A stretch of 64,000 nt of DNA from Octopus sinensis (taxonomy: Eukaryota), in the NCBI RefSeq assembly GCF_006345805.1, contig NC_043006.1, positions 105,338,001-105,402,000 on the forward strand, written 5' to 3'. Shown in pieces: positions 24,022-38,679 of this stretch; positions within the stretch are counted from its first letter, which is position 1, and every line of letters begins with the position of its first letter. The notes beneath the pieces were generated by a model, which was given only the letters and a program-made list of their open reading frames with translations, made no database searches and was not told the DNA's origin. Both the position numbers and the translations under genes were made by a program.

Positions 24022-24649
24022 CTATATATATATATTATATATACACATACATACATACATATATATATATGTATATAAGTATACATAAATATATATATAT
24101 ATACATACATATATATATATATAATATATATATATATACGACGTATATATATAGTATATATATATATATTATATATATATATATATATATTAAGTTATCC
24201 AAACATGAAAACACAACAACGCGAGGACGTGGAACAAATATAGTATTATTGGACGCTCAGGAAAGAAGGAAAGAAGGAGGATTTAACGCTTCGAGCGGAG
24301 CTCTTCGTCAGAAACATAGGAAAAGGAAAGATCCAAGGAAGGGAAGATGGAGGGGAAAAAATCGCCAAGGAAACACACGTGGTCGTGCCTTTGTGTCTGT
24401 GTTTGTCCCCGCCACCATCGCTTCACAAGGGCTGAATTGCAGACGAGAATGTTGAGCACACTGTGTATAATGTGCAAGCTATGTATATATGTAGGGTTTT
24501 TATTTTCTCACTAAGTCAAAAGACAAATTATGCATCCTTATATATTGCATCGTTTGGTATTTTATCTCGTTCTCCTCACAATACATTTCTATTTAAGGCT
24601 GGATAGACCCCGTATTTTTCTCCTGTACTGGTTCCTTTTTTGTCTTTAT

Positions 24650-24724
<75 letters not shown>

Positions 24725-25021
24725 CGTACATGATGAACAAAGTTCCAGATTTATGAATGTTCGCTTGACATTTACTAAAAATTAAAATATGGTTGTTCAC
24801 AGTGTTGTTGCTTGTCTGCATGTACTGGGAGAACAAACGACACAGCAAATGATTTTGATGTTGCGGTTGTTGTAGTAGTCAATATGGTTGTTATTGCTGT
24901 TTGTCGTTTCTTTACACAATTCGCTCGTTCATTGGCCGCCATGACACTTTCAGTATCGTTATCAGTCGTTTTGAGCATTCTTATTCTTGTTTTAAATTTA
25001 TATTTGAATTTCTTCGCCTTT

Positions 25022-25102
25022 CAATTTATTTAGTTTAATTAGGATTTTAGCTTAATTTATTTAGTTTAATTAAGATTTTAGTTTAATTTATTTAGTTTAA
25101 CT
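25022..25102. repeat. ~30 bp minisatellite, ~2.5 copies
   Basis: tttatttagtttaattaggattttagcttaa repeated with minor changes. Confidence 0.7.
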
Positions 25103-25825
25103 AGAAGAAGGTAGTGGTAGTGTTAGTGACCAAATTGGAGATGAAGTAGTGTTGGTGATAAAAGCGGTATAAACTGACTAAATTGCATTATTCAGTTCCT
25201 ACACTATTTCTCGTGTTTTCTCTCGCTCTGCATCATTGACATCAACATACATATATACATGCCTATCTATCTATATGTCTGTGTGTTGTGAGTGCGTGTG
25301 TGTGTGTATCTGTGCGTGTGTGTAAAAGAAGAGACATACTTGAAAAGACGTACACACAATATGTAGTTGTGTGTGATTTGTATTTATGTCAGGTCACTCC
25401 AGGCGGGTTTGTGTGAACACACAAACTATGACTGAATTTCGGTTCCCGGGGAGAAAAACGCAGCTCCTTAATTCATACGTTAAAAACGATTACAAAATAT
25501 TACGTTTCGGACAATAAAAATCTGTTGGAACTTCTAAAGATTTAAAGGACGATGGACAAGAAAAAAAAAAAAAAGATAGCGGCTTTCTATTACAAGGCTG
25601 CTGCCAAAGAAGTAACCGGTCAGAATTTACTCTAAATTAGAAAGAGGGGAAGATGTAACACTAGATTGAGCCAATTAACTTACATATGAATATTTGTAGA
25701 TTATTCTGAAAATTAAATACTCCGAAAATACTTCACAGTGATATTTATTTTTTATTTTATAGATATCACACACACACACGCACGCACACACGCACACTCA
25801 CACGCACACACACACACACACACAC

Positions 25826-25867
<42 letters not shown>

Positions 25868-25993
25868 CTCATAGTTGCAATTTGCTTTATCTTAGATTCT
25901 ATCTTAATATATTTGAGAAAATATCGCAAATTATTTATTCTGACGCATAATAATGATAGAGATAATTTATCTGCATTCATATCTATCTATTTT

Positions 25994-26089
<96 letters not shown>

Positions 26090-26093
26090 AATT

Positions 26094-26200
<107 letters not shown>

Positions 26201-26556
26201 CTCTCTCTCTATATATATATATATTTTTTTCTCTCCTTTTTTTTCTCTCCTTGTTTTTTCTGTGTCCCTTTCTGTAGAAGAGCGTAGGCTCGAAACGTAA
26301 AAGCCTTTTTCTATTCCTGAGCCTTATACTAATACATCTGTTTGTTTTGTACACCACCTGTCTTCGTCTTTTGTTTTTTTCGTAAACTCTCCCTATATAT
26401 ATATTAATAAATAAAACATATGCATATATATATACATATATGTACGTACCAACCTCTACATGTATATATACACGCATATATGAGTACAGGACACCAAAAA
26501 AACGTCGAACACAATGAGAAACGAAAGCATAGACACAAACCCAAGGAACTGGACAT

Positions 26557-26592
<36 letters not shown>

Positions 26593-27554
26593 GGAATGCA
26601 GGAATTCTAGAATTTGAGAAGTTCAAGCCTCCTCGCAAAATGTAAAGAACTGTAAAGAATTATTATACGGGGTGAAGAATTTCGGATTATATTGAATACA
26701 TTCATATTATTTGGAGATTCGTCGGGAGAACGGTTATCTTTATTTAGTGACCAACATTTTTCTAACCCCGGGGAGACTTAAGCATTTCTATCCAGTTGTC
26801 TACATGATGGTTTCAACTATATTTATAGTTTTCGGTTTAAATGTATAGTTTTCGGTGTATATGTATATGTGTAATAATCTATATGTAGATTATTGCATAT
26901 CCCTCACGCCTTCGTTCCAGTGAGTGAAGTTGCAGTTTTCTCAGCGTATATATGAGATGTGGAGATATATGATATATGATATGTAGATATATATGATTTG
27001 TATGTATGTATGTATATTTATGTCAGGTCACTTTCGAGTGCTACTGGTAACATGTAATCCAGTACAACCTGTTGCATAGTCGGGCCGTCGGCGACTAAAC
27101 CGGCAACCCCACCAAGCTTGCTTGGTGCGGAGGGTGTTTATTGGACACCTTACGGGATGAAAAACAAAACTCGTCAAAGGGCGGAGGAACTCTTGAGAGT
27201 CAACGGCCATCCAATAAATGTGTAATTTTTTTCTTCTTAAGGCTTAATGCTGTATCATGCGCGGGAACATAGAAATAATCGGACTGAATACCCGATCGCG
27301 CGGTTAAACGATTGGAAGTGAAGGACTCCTAGCCTTTGTTAGGGCATCCTTCTAGGAGAAGGTAACTCAGGTAACTGGGATATCTTCGACATAAAACCTG
27401 CAGCTCAGTGGTTACCGATGATGTTGACTTGTTCTTCTTTTCGGATTACGGCTGTTGTTGCTTGGGGAGTGGGATTGACTCAGTGCACATCCTATCCATG
27501 TTATTAATTTAATTCCATGTTACACGTGTTTCATTATAGCATATGAAGTACGTA

Positions 27555-27780
27555 ATGAACTCACCAGTAAAATTTCCACTTATTTCTTATTTTTATTTTC
27601 CTAAAATTTTCGTTGCGTCTTGCAACCTTTTCAATAGTCTTGACTCTCTGTGACTCGGTGAGTGTGTTACATTATAAGACACAAAAAGAAAATTATTCTC
27701 CCCAGACACAACAGAATATGCTTCAACACACGAACTCATATTTGCAAACCAAATCCAAAAACGATACATAATGAACATTA
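27555..27780. mobile_element. Internally deleted copy of the inverted-repeat family at 57940-59995
   Basis: The first half matches the left arm (cagtaaaatttcc...caatagtcttgactctct). The second half matches the right arm or the reverse complement of 57950-58030. Confidence 0.6.
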
Positions 27781-28173
27781 ATATTTATATATATATTAGT
27801 ATTATAAATATAATATATTATTTATACACAAACACACATATAAAAATAATTATTTTACCGTATTTATATTCATAACGTATTTCACATACTGTAATAAAAC
27901 ACGTATACTATGGAATTAAAAATATATCAAATTTTCCGGTCTTTATTTTAAATATATATTTACTCAGCACATATGACTCACTAGAACTTTCAACTATTAT
28001 GTATGGCTCATGTAAATAAAACATCTCTATACACATATTATAAATACTGGAAAGTGGAGATGTGCTTCACGAGGACACAGCTTCAATTACGACACCTTCT
28101 ATACACCATCATACACATACATGCGTGCTTATGTGTATTTGTACTTATATACGTATACTCATATATACGTATA

Positions 28174-28208
<35 letters not shown>

Positions 28209-28589
28209 TTGTCTTTGTACATGTATCCTGTCCAATGTGCTGTATAAATTAACTATACACCCACTATGAATATAAAGAGACAGGTGTCCTACATGTAAGC
28301 TTGCATTTAACATTATAATAATACTTAAACACGCTGTCTGAGATTATGTGTATTTGGTATGTATATATGCCTCTAAGCTTGTACTTGTGTGCTTGGCTGC
28401 TTTTATGTATGTATGGATGTATGTATGTACGTACGTATGTATGTTTATAGACATGCATAAAAGCAGCCAAGTACACAAATACACAAATTTAGTGTTGAAT
28501 ATTTACACATAACAGACATACAACCAAACAAACGCACACAATTACAAACACACACACACATATATATATGTAAAGATATATATGTATGC

Positions 28590-28632
<43 letters not shown>

Positions 28633-29632
28633 ATATATATATATGTATATATATATGTACATATAGGTATATATGTTTATGCATATATATATATATGCAT
28701 ATATATACGTGTATAAAGATAGATAAATGTATATAAATATATGTATATATATGTATGTATATATATATACACACACACACATGTATGTATATAAATATAT
28801 ATACATATATATATGTATATAAATACATATATATATGTATTTATATGCATATATATATATCTATTTGTAGGCATATATGTATATGTATATATATATGTAT
28901 ATTTATATATATGTATGTATACATATATATATATATATATATACGCGTGTTTGTGAGTGCGTGCGTTTGTTTGGTTGTATGTCTGTTATGTGTAAATATT
29001 CAACACTAAATCTGTGCACCACCATAATCCGTTTCCAATGTCTTCTGCGAGAAGTGACGCCTTCATTTCCATTATTTAGACGCAAGCCTGTTTGCAATGA
29101 CAGGAGCCTAAAATGACGTTTGAAAATATTGCTTTGAAGCTAAGAGAACACTGAATATTAATGCTTAGCTATTATATAATAAATCTTTCGGCGATTGTCT
29201 CAAATCTACTGACAATATAATAACAGTATCCATGATGATATGCAATAAAGAGAAACAAACTGCGTTTAAAATGTAATAAGAAAGAATAACAACAACAGGC
29301 ACAAGAATAAATTCTAGCCGAGGTTTCGACAAATAGCTGTTCTTTTTGTTCAGAGCAACGTAATTATTTCACTATTGCGCATGGCAAACACATATGTACT
29401 TGGGACGTGACGACGAGCTGGCAGAAGTGTTAATACACCTGGCAAAATGCTTAGCAGCGTCCGTTCTTTACGTTCTGCGTTCGAATTTCGCCCAAAACAT
29501 CCGATCATCATTTACATTTATATTTTTAACCCTCATTCACAATGTATGTAAATCCATCCGGTTTTTCACACTGTATGTAAGAAGCGAGTTTGTACCCTGA
29601 ATGTCCCTTGGCTGTCCTTGGAATGTCCCCTC

Positions 29633-29641
29633 TATATAAAA
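29633..29641 (+). promoter_or_regulatory. TATA box upstream of the SRP RNA gene
   Basis: TATATAAAA at about -33 to -25 relative to the predicted 7SL 5' end. Confidence 0.6.
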
Positions 29642-29665
29642 CCTTTATAGGTTAATAAAGAAATT

Positions 29666-29963
29666 GCTGGGAGTTGTGGCGTGCTCCTGTAATCCAGCTA
29701 CTCGGAGGCTTGATTGGTTGGCCGGTTTGAGGATGGGAGTCCTGGTAGTCGATCTTCTATGGCGATCGGGTGTCCGCGCTAAGCTCAGCATCAATATGGT
29801 GCTGGAGAGGGAGCTCATCGGGACCAGGTTGTCTAAGGAGGGTCGCTTCGGCCCAGGGCGGAAACGCAGCAGGCAAAAGACCCCGTGTCGAGCAGTAGTG
29901 GGATCGCGCCTGTGAATAGTCGTCGGCTGACAGCCTGTTCGATATAATTGAACTCCAACCATT
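29666..29963 (+). ncRNA. SRP RNA (7SL) gene
   Basis: ~300 nt colinear with metazoan 7SL: Alu-domain 5' end GCTGGGAGTTGTGGCGTGCTCCTGTAATCCAGCTACTCGG, GATCGGGTGTCCGCGCTAAG, GCATCAATATGGTG, helix 8 GCCCAGGGCGGAAACGCAGCAGGC and CAGTAGTGGGATCGCGCCTGTGAATAG. Confidence 0.95.
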
Positions 29964-29973
29964 TTTTTTTTTT
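29962..29973 (+). terminator. RNA polymerase III oligo-T terminator of the SRP RNA gene
   Basis: Run of 12 T immediately after the 7SL-homologous sequence. Confidence 0.8.
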
Positions 29974-30550
29974 AGTGGCGATGCCCCAGCATGGCCAGAG
30001 ATTGTGAGCTGAAACTAGATAAAATAAAAAAATAAAATAAAAATAAAAATATCTTTCTGAGACAGCCTCAGTTGTCTCGACACAAAACATTGTTTATTGT
30101 CATCCAATCCGTGGACGCGATTCGATCATGTGATGTTGACTATTTAAGCTTACGTCGATTCGTCCGGAGAAAAAAAAACACATTATTGTGACGTAGACAA
30201 TAGGAATGATAGAATGAATACTCAATTTTAAAAGAAATAAGTATGAGGGTAAATTGGTTCGCCTAAAACACAGCCCAGTGAGTGATACATGTAAGAGATT
30301 AAAATAACAGCTAATCAGACTTAAAACACGAAATCTTATTTATGACGGGAGCTTTTGGAATGGAGGAATATTGAGGACAGGGTTTAAGTTCGATGAATTA
30401 AAATTTTGAAAGCTAACAAATTTGCTAGGTAGTATGCATTATAATATTACCATCAATTTTGGGTTCGCGAGTTAATTATAATTCTTCTACAGTCTTTTTA
30501 AGCTTGCATAATAAAGGTGAGTGCAAGATGAATTTGTTGAAACAAATTGT

Positions 30551-30822
30551 GGATCTTTTCAGTTTGAACGGCAGTTTTTCTAGCAGTGTCATCTGAAATT
30601 GTCACCCATATGTTTTTTTTACCCCAATGGACGTCTGTGATTGGTTGAAATTGCATAAACTGAAGAAAAAAACAACAAATATCTTACAAACTATAGAATT
30701 TTCTCTATAAAGCCAAGAGAAAAAGATGTTTTATAAACACATTAAATCAGTATACGAAGTTTAAACTTTTTTAGTTACCTAGAAATTATGTTAAAAACTG
30801 GCGTTCAAACGGAAAAGATGCC
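30551..30822. mobile_element. Internally deleted copy of the 9070 MITE family
   Basis: Same TIRs (slightly degenerate) and shared internal sequence. Confidence 0.75.
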
Positions 30823-31244
30823 AAATTGTTAAAGTGACACACAATAATGGGCTGAGGAAGGAAACATGCAGTGTAAGATTGGGCGAACGGAATGCACATT
30901 GCAACGCCGAACGAAGGGGTGGACATTTTAAGGCCGGAAGGTGAGGGCGTACATTGCCGAGGGCGCATTCTAGTGCTAAAAGAAATGGGTGTACGCAGAA
31001 AGGCTATTAGGGGATCACACTGAATGATCCTCGGGATGAGGAAGGTATCATTGGAGGGGTGACCTACAGCCCTGAATATCCTGTAACTAGGTTTCCAAAT
31101 TATCGTTTCATTTAAGTGTCTCAGGGTTGTGAGGAAATGTACTACGATCTAGGATCGAACTTTAAATCTTGTAGATGAGGAGAGACCGTCTAATACATAC
31201 ATACACATGCATACATACATGCATACACACACACACACACTCAC

Positions 31245-31321
<77 letters not shown>

Positions 31322-31371
31322 GGAAAAAAAGTCAAGATAGAAAATGCTAAAATAATTTTATAAAAACATTT

Positions 31372-31407
31372 CAGTACCGGTTTCAGTCATTGAGACTTTT
31401 TCAACTG
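31372..31407 (-). ncRNA. Minimal hammerhead, U3-A8 core variant
   Basis: Minus strand reads CAG TTGAAAA AGTC-TCAAT-GACT GAAA CCGG TA CTG. Stem I is only 3 bp. Confidence 0.5.
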
Positions 31408-32792
31408 TAACAATTAAATAATTAAATTTAGAAAAATTAAAAGAAAAGTTTTTTTAAAAAGAATATTTGTATAGTGTTCAAATACAAGTGGCATTTTCCT
31501 TGTCTCTGCCTTTCTCTGTCTCTCTTGTTTACTCTTGTGGGTTCGAGGTCCTTGTGAATTTTTGGTAGAGAATATTGAGCACGATAATCCTAGATATATA
31601 CAAATGAATAATGCTTTTCAAAAATATGAGGTCAATTGAAGAACATTTCCATTGCTTATTTTCAAGACAACCATCAATGATTATTCGATGGTAATACATA
31701 AATGCATGCATACATACACCCCACATACATACAGATGAGCATGCATACGTATACGCAACTAATATTGCTGTGTGTGATATACAGCTGCGGTTTTATGTAT
31801 ACGTAGAGACTATAAAAACATCATTCATGTATGCAAGCTTACATATATACATTTGCACACACACACGCACAAAAGCATTATACGTGTATGTATATATGAA
31901 TGTATGTATGTGTATACGTATATTCCTGTATCGTTCTTCAATTAAGAACAGTCATTTCTTGCATATATAAATGTGTGCGTGTGTGTGTTTGTATATACAT
32001 ATTTATACAAACACACAGACATATATATATATAGAGAGAGAGAGACACCACACACATGCATGTGTGTACGTATGTATTAGATCAACTCACAAGGATATCA
32101 TTTGATATACGTATATGCATAGCACATATGTGAAGTCTGTCATAAGGAATTCGAGGTGAGCAATACACCCAGAAATCCATTTTATTATCTGCTTAATATC
32201 ATTGTACAGTAGGGGCAGAGTATCGCATCATAAACCTATTGATATCGCCATTTTACAATATTTATCTAAGTATTTAATAGAGGAAGTATAATGAATGCAA
32301 TAATATGCTCTGTTTTTTATAGTCACCATAAAGCTATCACCGTCATTCGTAAGCAGCGATTAAAGTACATGAAACAATGTATATAAAAGTATATATATAT
32401 ATATATATATATATCTATATATATTACATGCGTATTTATGCGTATAGAGTTTCATTCATGCGGGAATATATGCGAATGTGTTAATAAATTGTCTTCGCAA
32501 ATATAGACGTTGATGCTGATGTATGTAGCTATAGAAAAGTGTATTGGAAATATGCAAATAGGATATATATTTGCATATTCACAATGCATACACATAGACA
32601 AAAGTTTGTGTGTGTGATTGGAAGGAGAATTTCAGAATACATGATATATACGTCTGCGTATATAGTATTATATACATACATACACACATACGTACACAAC
32701 TGCATACACACATATATATATCATATATATATATATATTATATATACATATATATATATATATATTTTATTATATAATATTATATTATATAT

Positions 32793-32825
<33 letters not shown>

Positions 32826-32935
32826 CATATATATATATACATATTATATATAACATATATATATATACATACATATATATTATATATATATATATATATA
32901 ATATATATAGATATATACATATATATATATACATA

Positions 32936-32979
<44 letters not shown>

Positions 32980-33073
32980 ATATATATATATATACATACA
33001 TACAACATACATGCGCAGATGGATACGTCATATATTGTAAAATTCTCCCGGAATTACACACACACAAGTTCAG

Positions 33074-33109
<36 letters not shown>

Positions 33110-33148
33110 TGTGTGTGTGTGTGTGTGTGTGTGTGAGTGTGTGTGTAC

Positions 33149-33460
33149 GCGCATCGCTCAGTGGTTAGAGAGTTTAGTTCACTATCATGAGGTAGTGAGT
33201 TCGAATCCCGGACCGGGTTGTGTGTTGTGTTCGTGAGGAACACACATTATTTCATGTCGCTCCAGCTGTAGAAATGACTTCCGAGGTCACTGATGCCAAG
33301 CTATATCATCCTTTGCCTTTCCTTTGGATGGCATCGGTGTCGTGGAGAGGGGAGGCTGGTATGCATAGGTGGCTCCTGATCTTCCATAAACAAACTTGCT
33401 CGGACTTGTGCCGTGGAGGCTAACTTCCTAGTGCAATCCTGTGATTATTCATGACGAAAT
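33149..33460 (+). mobile_element. tRNA-derived SINE, family A
   Basis: A-box-like gctcagtggttag, B box gagttcgaatccc, shared body. Confidence 0.75.
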
Positions 33461-33551
33461 GAGGGTCGTTACCCATTTTTTTATATATGTATGCAGCTAT
33501 CTATCTATCTAGATAGATAGACAGCTAGCTATATATATATATATATATATA

Positions 33552-33693
<142 letters not shown>

Positions 33694-36600
33694 AAGGATG
33701 CATAATAATGGGCTGGGTGAAGGAGACAAGCATTGTAGAGCTGGTTGAAAAGAATAAACATTCCAAGGCTGACCGAAAGGTGGACATTGTAAGGCTGAGA
33801 GATGAGGGCGAAAACGTTACAAGGGCGAACGGACAAAATACATTGCAGCATTCCGTTCGTTTTAACGTTCTGAGATGAAATTCCGCCGAAACTGTCCTCG
33901 TCTTTCTTCTCTAAAAGGTTTGACGTAATAACCTAACCCCCCATTCCCCATCCACCACCACCCGAAAAAATTTCAGGCATTTTGTTTATAGGAGAAAGAA
34001 TATTTGAAAGCTTGCGGATATTAAAGTATAGCCTCACTTTCGCCATGAAATCAACGTTGTCCGAACAGGTGCACGGTGTACAACGTGTCAGGTGTCGTAG
34101 TGATTGCAGACGAACGTGAGATGAAGTGTCTTGCTCAACAACACAACGCAGCACCCGGTCTCGGAATTCAAATCAGGATTGCTAGATCGTGTCGTGAGTA
34201 CAACACCCTAACCACTAAGCCGTACGCCGATTAACAACAACAACAGCAATAATAATAATAATAATACATATATACAGACAGACAGGAAAAAGCATTACTA
34301 ATGACAAAGCAAACACGTACTCTTTATCTAAATCTCGCTACAACTTTTCTTTGCACAGACACTTTGAAATTAATCTTATCCTATTTATGGGAGGATTCCT
34401 TGATTTTCATCTCTCTCGTCCGTGTTCGCTTTCTCATTGGTATTGGTAAGGCTTTTCCTGTATGTATGTATGAATGTCATTCTTTTCCCCAATATATTGC
34501 ACTTTAGTTTCGAGGCTCCGGGGAAGCTATGGCTCTCCTGCATCATATAGCAGAAACAGCTGTAAGCTAATGGAATCCATAAGATAATCGTTTATTCCTT
34601 TATCATCTCATTGTCTTATATATATATATATATTAATATATGTGTGTGTGTGTGTGTGCGTGTACTCATATACGTACATACATATTCATAACAGTGTATG
34701 TAACTATATGTATGAATGATTTATGTATCCGTATATATATATATATATATATATCAGAATAAATATTTAATAGTTATACTGAAATTGCATTGTTTTCTGT
34801 ATACAAAGGGGATTACCAAGTTACCAAGAGAGCTCAATAAAAGTGAAAAGAATCATATTTTGAACGGTAATAGATAAAGCGATATATAAGTACAGCCAAT
34901 TTGAAGAGATACTTGAAAACATAATTAAGCCACATATTGAAATAAATATGTATATAATATATTCTGTGTCCGGATACATAGTGTATTTGGCAATCATATT
35001 CTCATACAACACTGCAATCACGTGATCCTTTCGTCAGCGGGACTGCAAAGTGAATTGTAAATGAGGTTTGCTGTTTATATTCTTCACTGCAACACAGGAA
35101 TCACTCTGTGTGTGTGTGCGTGTGTGCGCACAAGCGTGTGCTTGTGTCAGCGTGTGTATTTACTGATTCAAAAATTCACCAGTAATCGTCATATAATGGG
35201 CGAACTGATGCAATATAAATCTGAATATGCAAATAGATGGACGTTTACTTATGCATATATGTGAACAGCGACACATAAACACAGGCACACACAAACACAC
35301 ACACACATATACATACACACACGCAAATAAGAATGTGTTTTCTGTCCGCGTGGACAAATGTCTAAATAAGCAGTTAAAATATATTTAGATTTCTGGAATA
35401 AATGAATAATTTCAAATGTCAAACCATAAATATATTTCAGCCGACTGTATTCCTGGCTGTAGAAAACGATCGGATGAGGAACTGCAAGTAGGGTGAAAGG
35501 GCAGATAACTGTGATTTCATAAATCTATTTAATAAATAGCCTTCATGTGGTTTTCAGTCTTTGATGTTATTAACGTACGTTAAAGCTATCATTTTCCAAA
35601 CAAAAGTGTAAGCTGTTTCTTGTGAAAGACATTTCCTTATGTCAAATAAGACTTTTATGTAAATGAAGTAAATGGTAATTGTGGTACTGATAGACTATAA
35701 ATTAATCTTTTATCTTTTACTTGTTGCAGCCATTGGACTGCGGCAACACTGGGGTCCCACCTTGAAGTGTTTAGTCGAACAAATCGACCTCAGTAGTTAT
35801 GTTTGAGTCTACTGTTTATTTTGTCGGTATGTTTTGTGGAAACATTATGTTACGGGGACGTAAGCAAGGCAAAATTGGTTGTCAATCTGTGTGGATGTAG
35901 GAGGGCGAATACAAAGCAACACACATAGTTAGAAACACGCATATATCTTCTGCAGTAACAATGCAATATCTTTTTTAAGAAGTATTCTATACAGTTCCCG
36001 CCTACCTAATTTCACTTTCAAGTTATGAATTGACCAAGGATACAGCAAATAGCACTAGCTCAAAATGGCACGCAATGCCATCGGATTTGCTACGATCTGG
36101 CCATAACGATCGCACAATATTTTTTAGACCTAGTTTTGAAAAGAAGTCTCAGCTTCACCGTCCTTGTCTCTGACGATCAAGATCATGGGTATGGTGATAT
36201 TAGTGGAAGTGGTGGTGGTAGCGGTGATGAAGGTGACAGTAGTAGTAGTAGTAGTAGTAGTAGTTGTTGTTGTTGTCGTTGTAGTAGTAGTAGTAGTAGT
36301 AGTTGTTGTTGTAGTAGTAATATCAGCGGCAAATATAGTAGTTGCAGTAATAGTAAAGTTAGTTGTTCTGTTGTTGTTTAGCCCCAGGTCAACTCTCATT
36401 GAGTAGACCTATGAACAAAGGCAATCTAACTGCCACAATCCCATGCTTTTCTCTCCTTTGATTTTAGACTCCTAACCACATCGACATATGGCATCATCCC
36501 TTCTTTTTTAAGAGCGTTATATACGATATGATGGAAATTTAGCTGCTACCTCCATCAAGATGAATAAGAAGCTAACATTAGAAATCATAACCATCTTCGC

Positions 36601-37000
36601 CACATATCTCTATTATATATTTTCTGCAGCACAATTCTCGTGTGGCTACACTCATTATGATCAATATAACCAATTTATGATCGATACGAGGAAATTTACG
36701 ACACGGTCCCTCTTGGTCACTCTGGTTAGTAATTTTGATATCATTCATTACATCGTTTGATTGGTTAATATTTAAATATTGCCCAGTGAATGTAGGCATT
36801 TAGTCTCTTCTATTAAGGAAACATAGATTTATGGGTTCCCATGCATTGCGTTCTGACTTTTGCTATCAGTGTTTTTGTTAAATTCCACATCATTTGGCAG
36901 TTGTGTTTGTTAAAATCTTGCGGTGATCGATTTTAGTAGGGTTGCCAGATTGGACTGTATGTATTATATTACTCTAGAGCGCTGCATGATATATATATAC

Positions 37001-37039
<39 letters not shown>

Positions 37040-37113
37040 TGTGTGCGTGTGTGTGTGTGTGTGCGTGTGTGTGTGTGTGTGCGTGTGTGTGCGTGTGTGT
37101 GTGTGGTGTGTGT

Positions 37114-37151
<38 letters not shown>

Positions 37152-38002
37152 GTGTGTGTAAAGATATATGTCTGTATATATAAAGGGAAAAGCATTATGG
37201 ATAAACGCTCCGATCGGTCAAAACAACAGTATATCATTCTCAAATCATCATAAATCGAATATAAATGTATATTAAAACAACAGGGCACCCAATGGTGAAA
37301 CCCAACAGTATAAAATATATACATATACACTAATAAAAGGTGATAAAATCTGAAAGGGTAATACGAGGAAGAAAAACATATGGAATAAAGTAATGCGTAA
37401 TAAAAGCGACTAAAAATTTAAGGCAATGGAGCTAAAACAATATATATATGTATATATATATATGTATATAAATATATAAATAAAACTAAAGTGTCACCTG
37501 AGCACTTCCAGCGCGGCAGTCCTATTTTTATTTTTATTCTTTGGTTTAACGAAGTTATAAAATTATCTTCATATATATATATACATATATATATAATATA
37601 TGTGTGTGTAAAAAAATACAAACTGGGACAAGAACACAAAACATTTAGAAGACGATACAAAAAACACGGACGGGACATTCGAAGCCTTCAATCTTCAATC
37701 AAGAACCGGATAATCCTCGCAATTTCTGCTGATTAATCTTGAGATTGCTCCAATCTGGCCAGCCCCAAGGAAAAACTAAGCTAAGCGCATTAGATTCCTT
37801 GGAAGAAAGCTTCGAATGTATACAAAACAAGGACGGAAAAACGGACGATGTTACACAAATATGAATACAAAAAGAATACGTAAAAATAATAATGATAATA
37901 ATGATAATGATAACAGGAACGTCACAAACAGGCGTCTTTCGACCGGACGAATTAAACTCAGCTGGCGTGCTAGGAATGTGCCTTATATATATATATAATA
38001 TA

Positions 38003-38060
<58 letters not shown>

Positions 38061-38229
38061 ATATATATTATATATATTAATACATATATATATATATCTA
38101 TATATATATTATATATATTGGGGCCTGTTAATATAAATACATTGGGCCAACGTAATCGACTTACTCCCTCCCCAAAATTGCAGGCTTTGTACCAAAGTTT
38201 GAAATCAATATATTATTACAAAGAGCAAA

Positions 38230-38445
38230 GCAGTGAGCTGGGAGAAGTGTTAGCACGCTGAACAAAATGTTTAGGTGCATTTCGTCAGTCTTGACTCTCT
38301 GAGTTCGAATTCCGCCAATGTCGACTTTGTTTTCCATCCTTTCTCGATCGCTAGAAAGGTACAAGTTGAGCACTGACGTTGATGTAATCGACTTAACCCT
38401 TACCCCGAAATTGGTGGCCTGGTGACAAAATTTGAAACCCAATAT
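38230..38445 (+). mobile_element. tRNA-derived SINE, family C (related copies at ~8100-8540, 29400-29500, 42060-42270, and on minus at 53520-53640)
   Basis: gagctggcagaa-tgttagcacg...gagttcgaattccgcc...gactttgcctttcatcc consensus shared among the copies. Confidence 0.7.
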
Positions 38446-38522
38446 ATCATTACATAGAGAAAGAGAAAGTGGTGGGGTCGATAGATAGATAGATAGATAG
38501 AGAGATAGATAGAGAGATAGAG

Positions 38523-38588
<66 letters not shown>

Positions 38589-38679
38589 TTAGACATAGAT
38601 AGATACGCGTGTGTCTGTGTATATGTATATGTATATATGTATATGTGTATATGTATGCATGTGTATGTATACATAGGCG

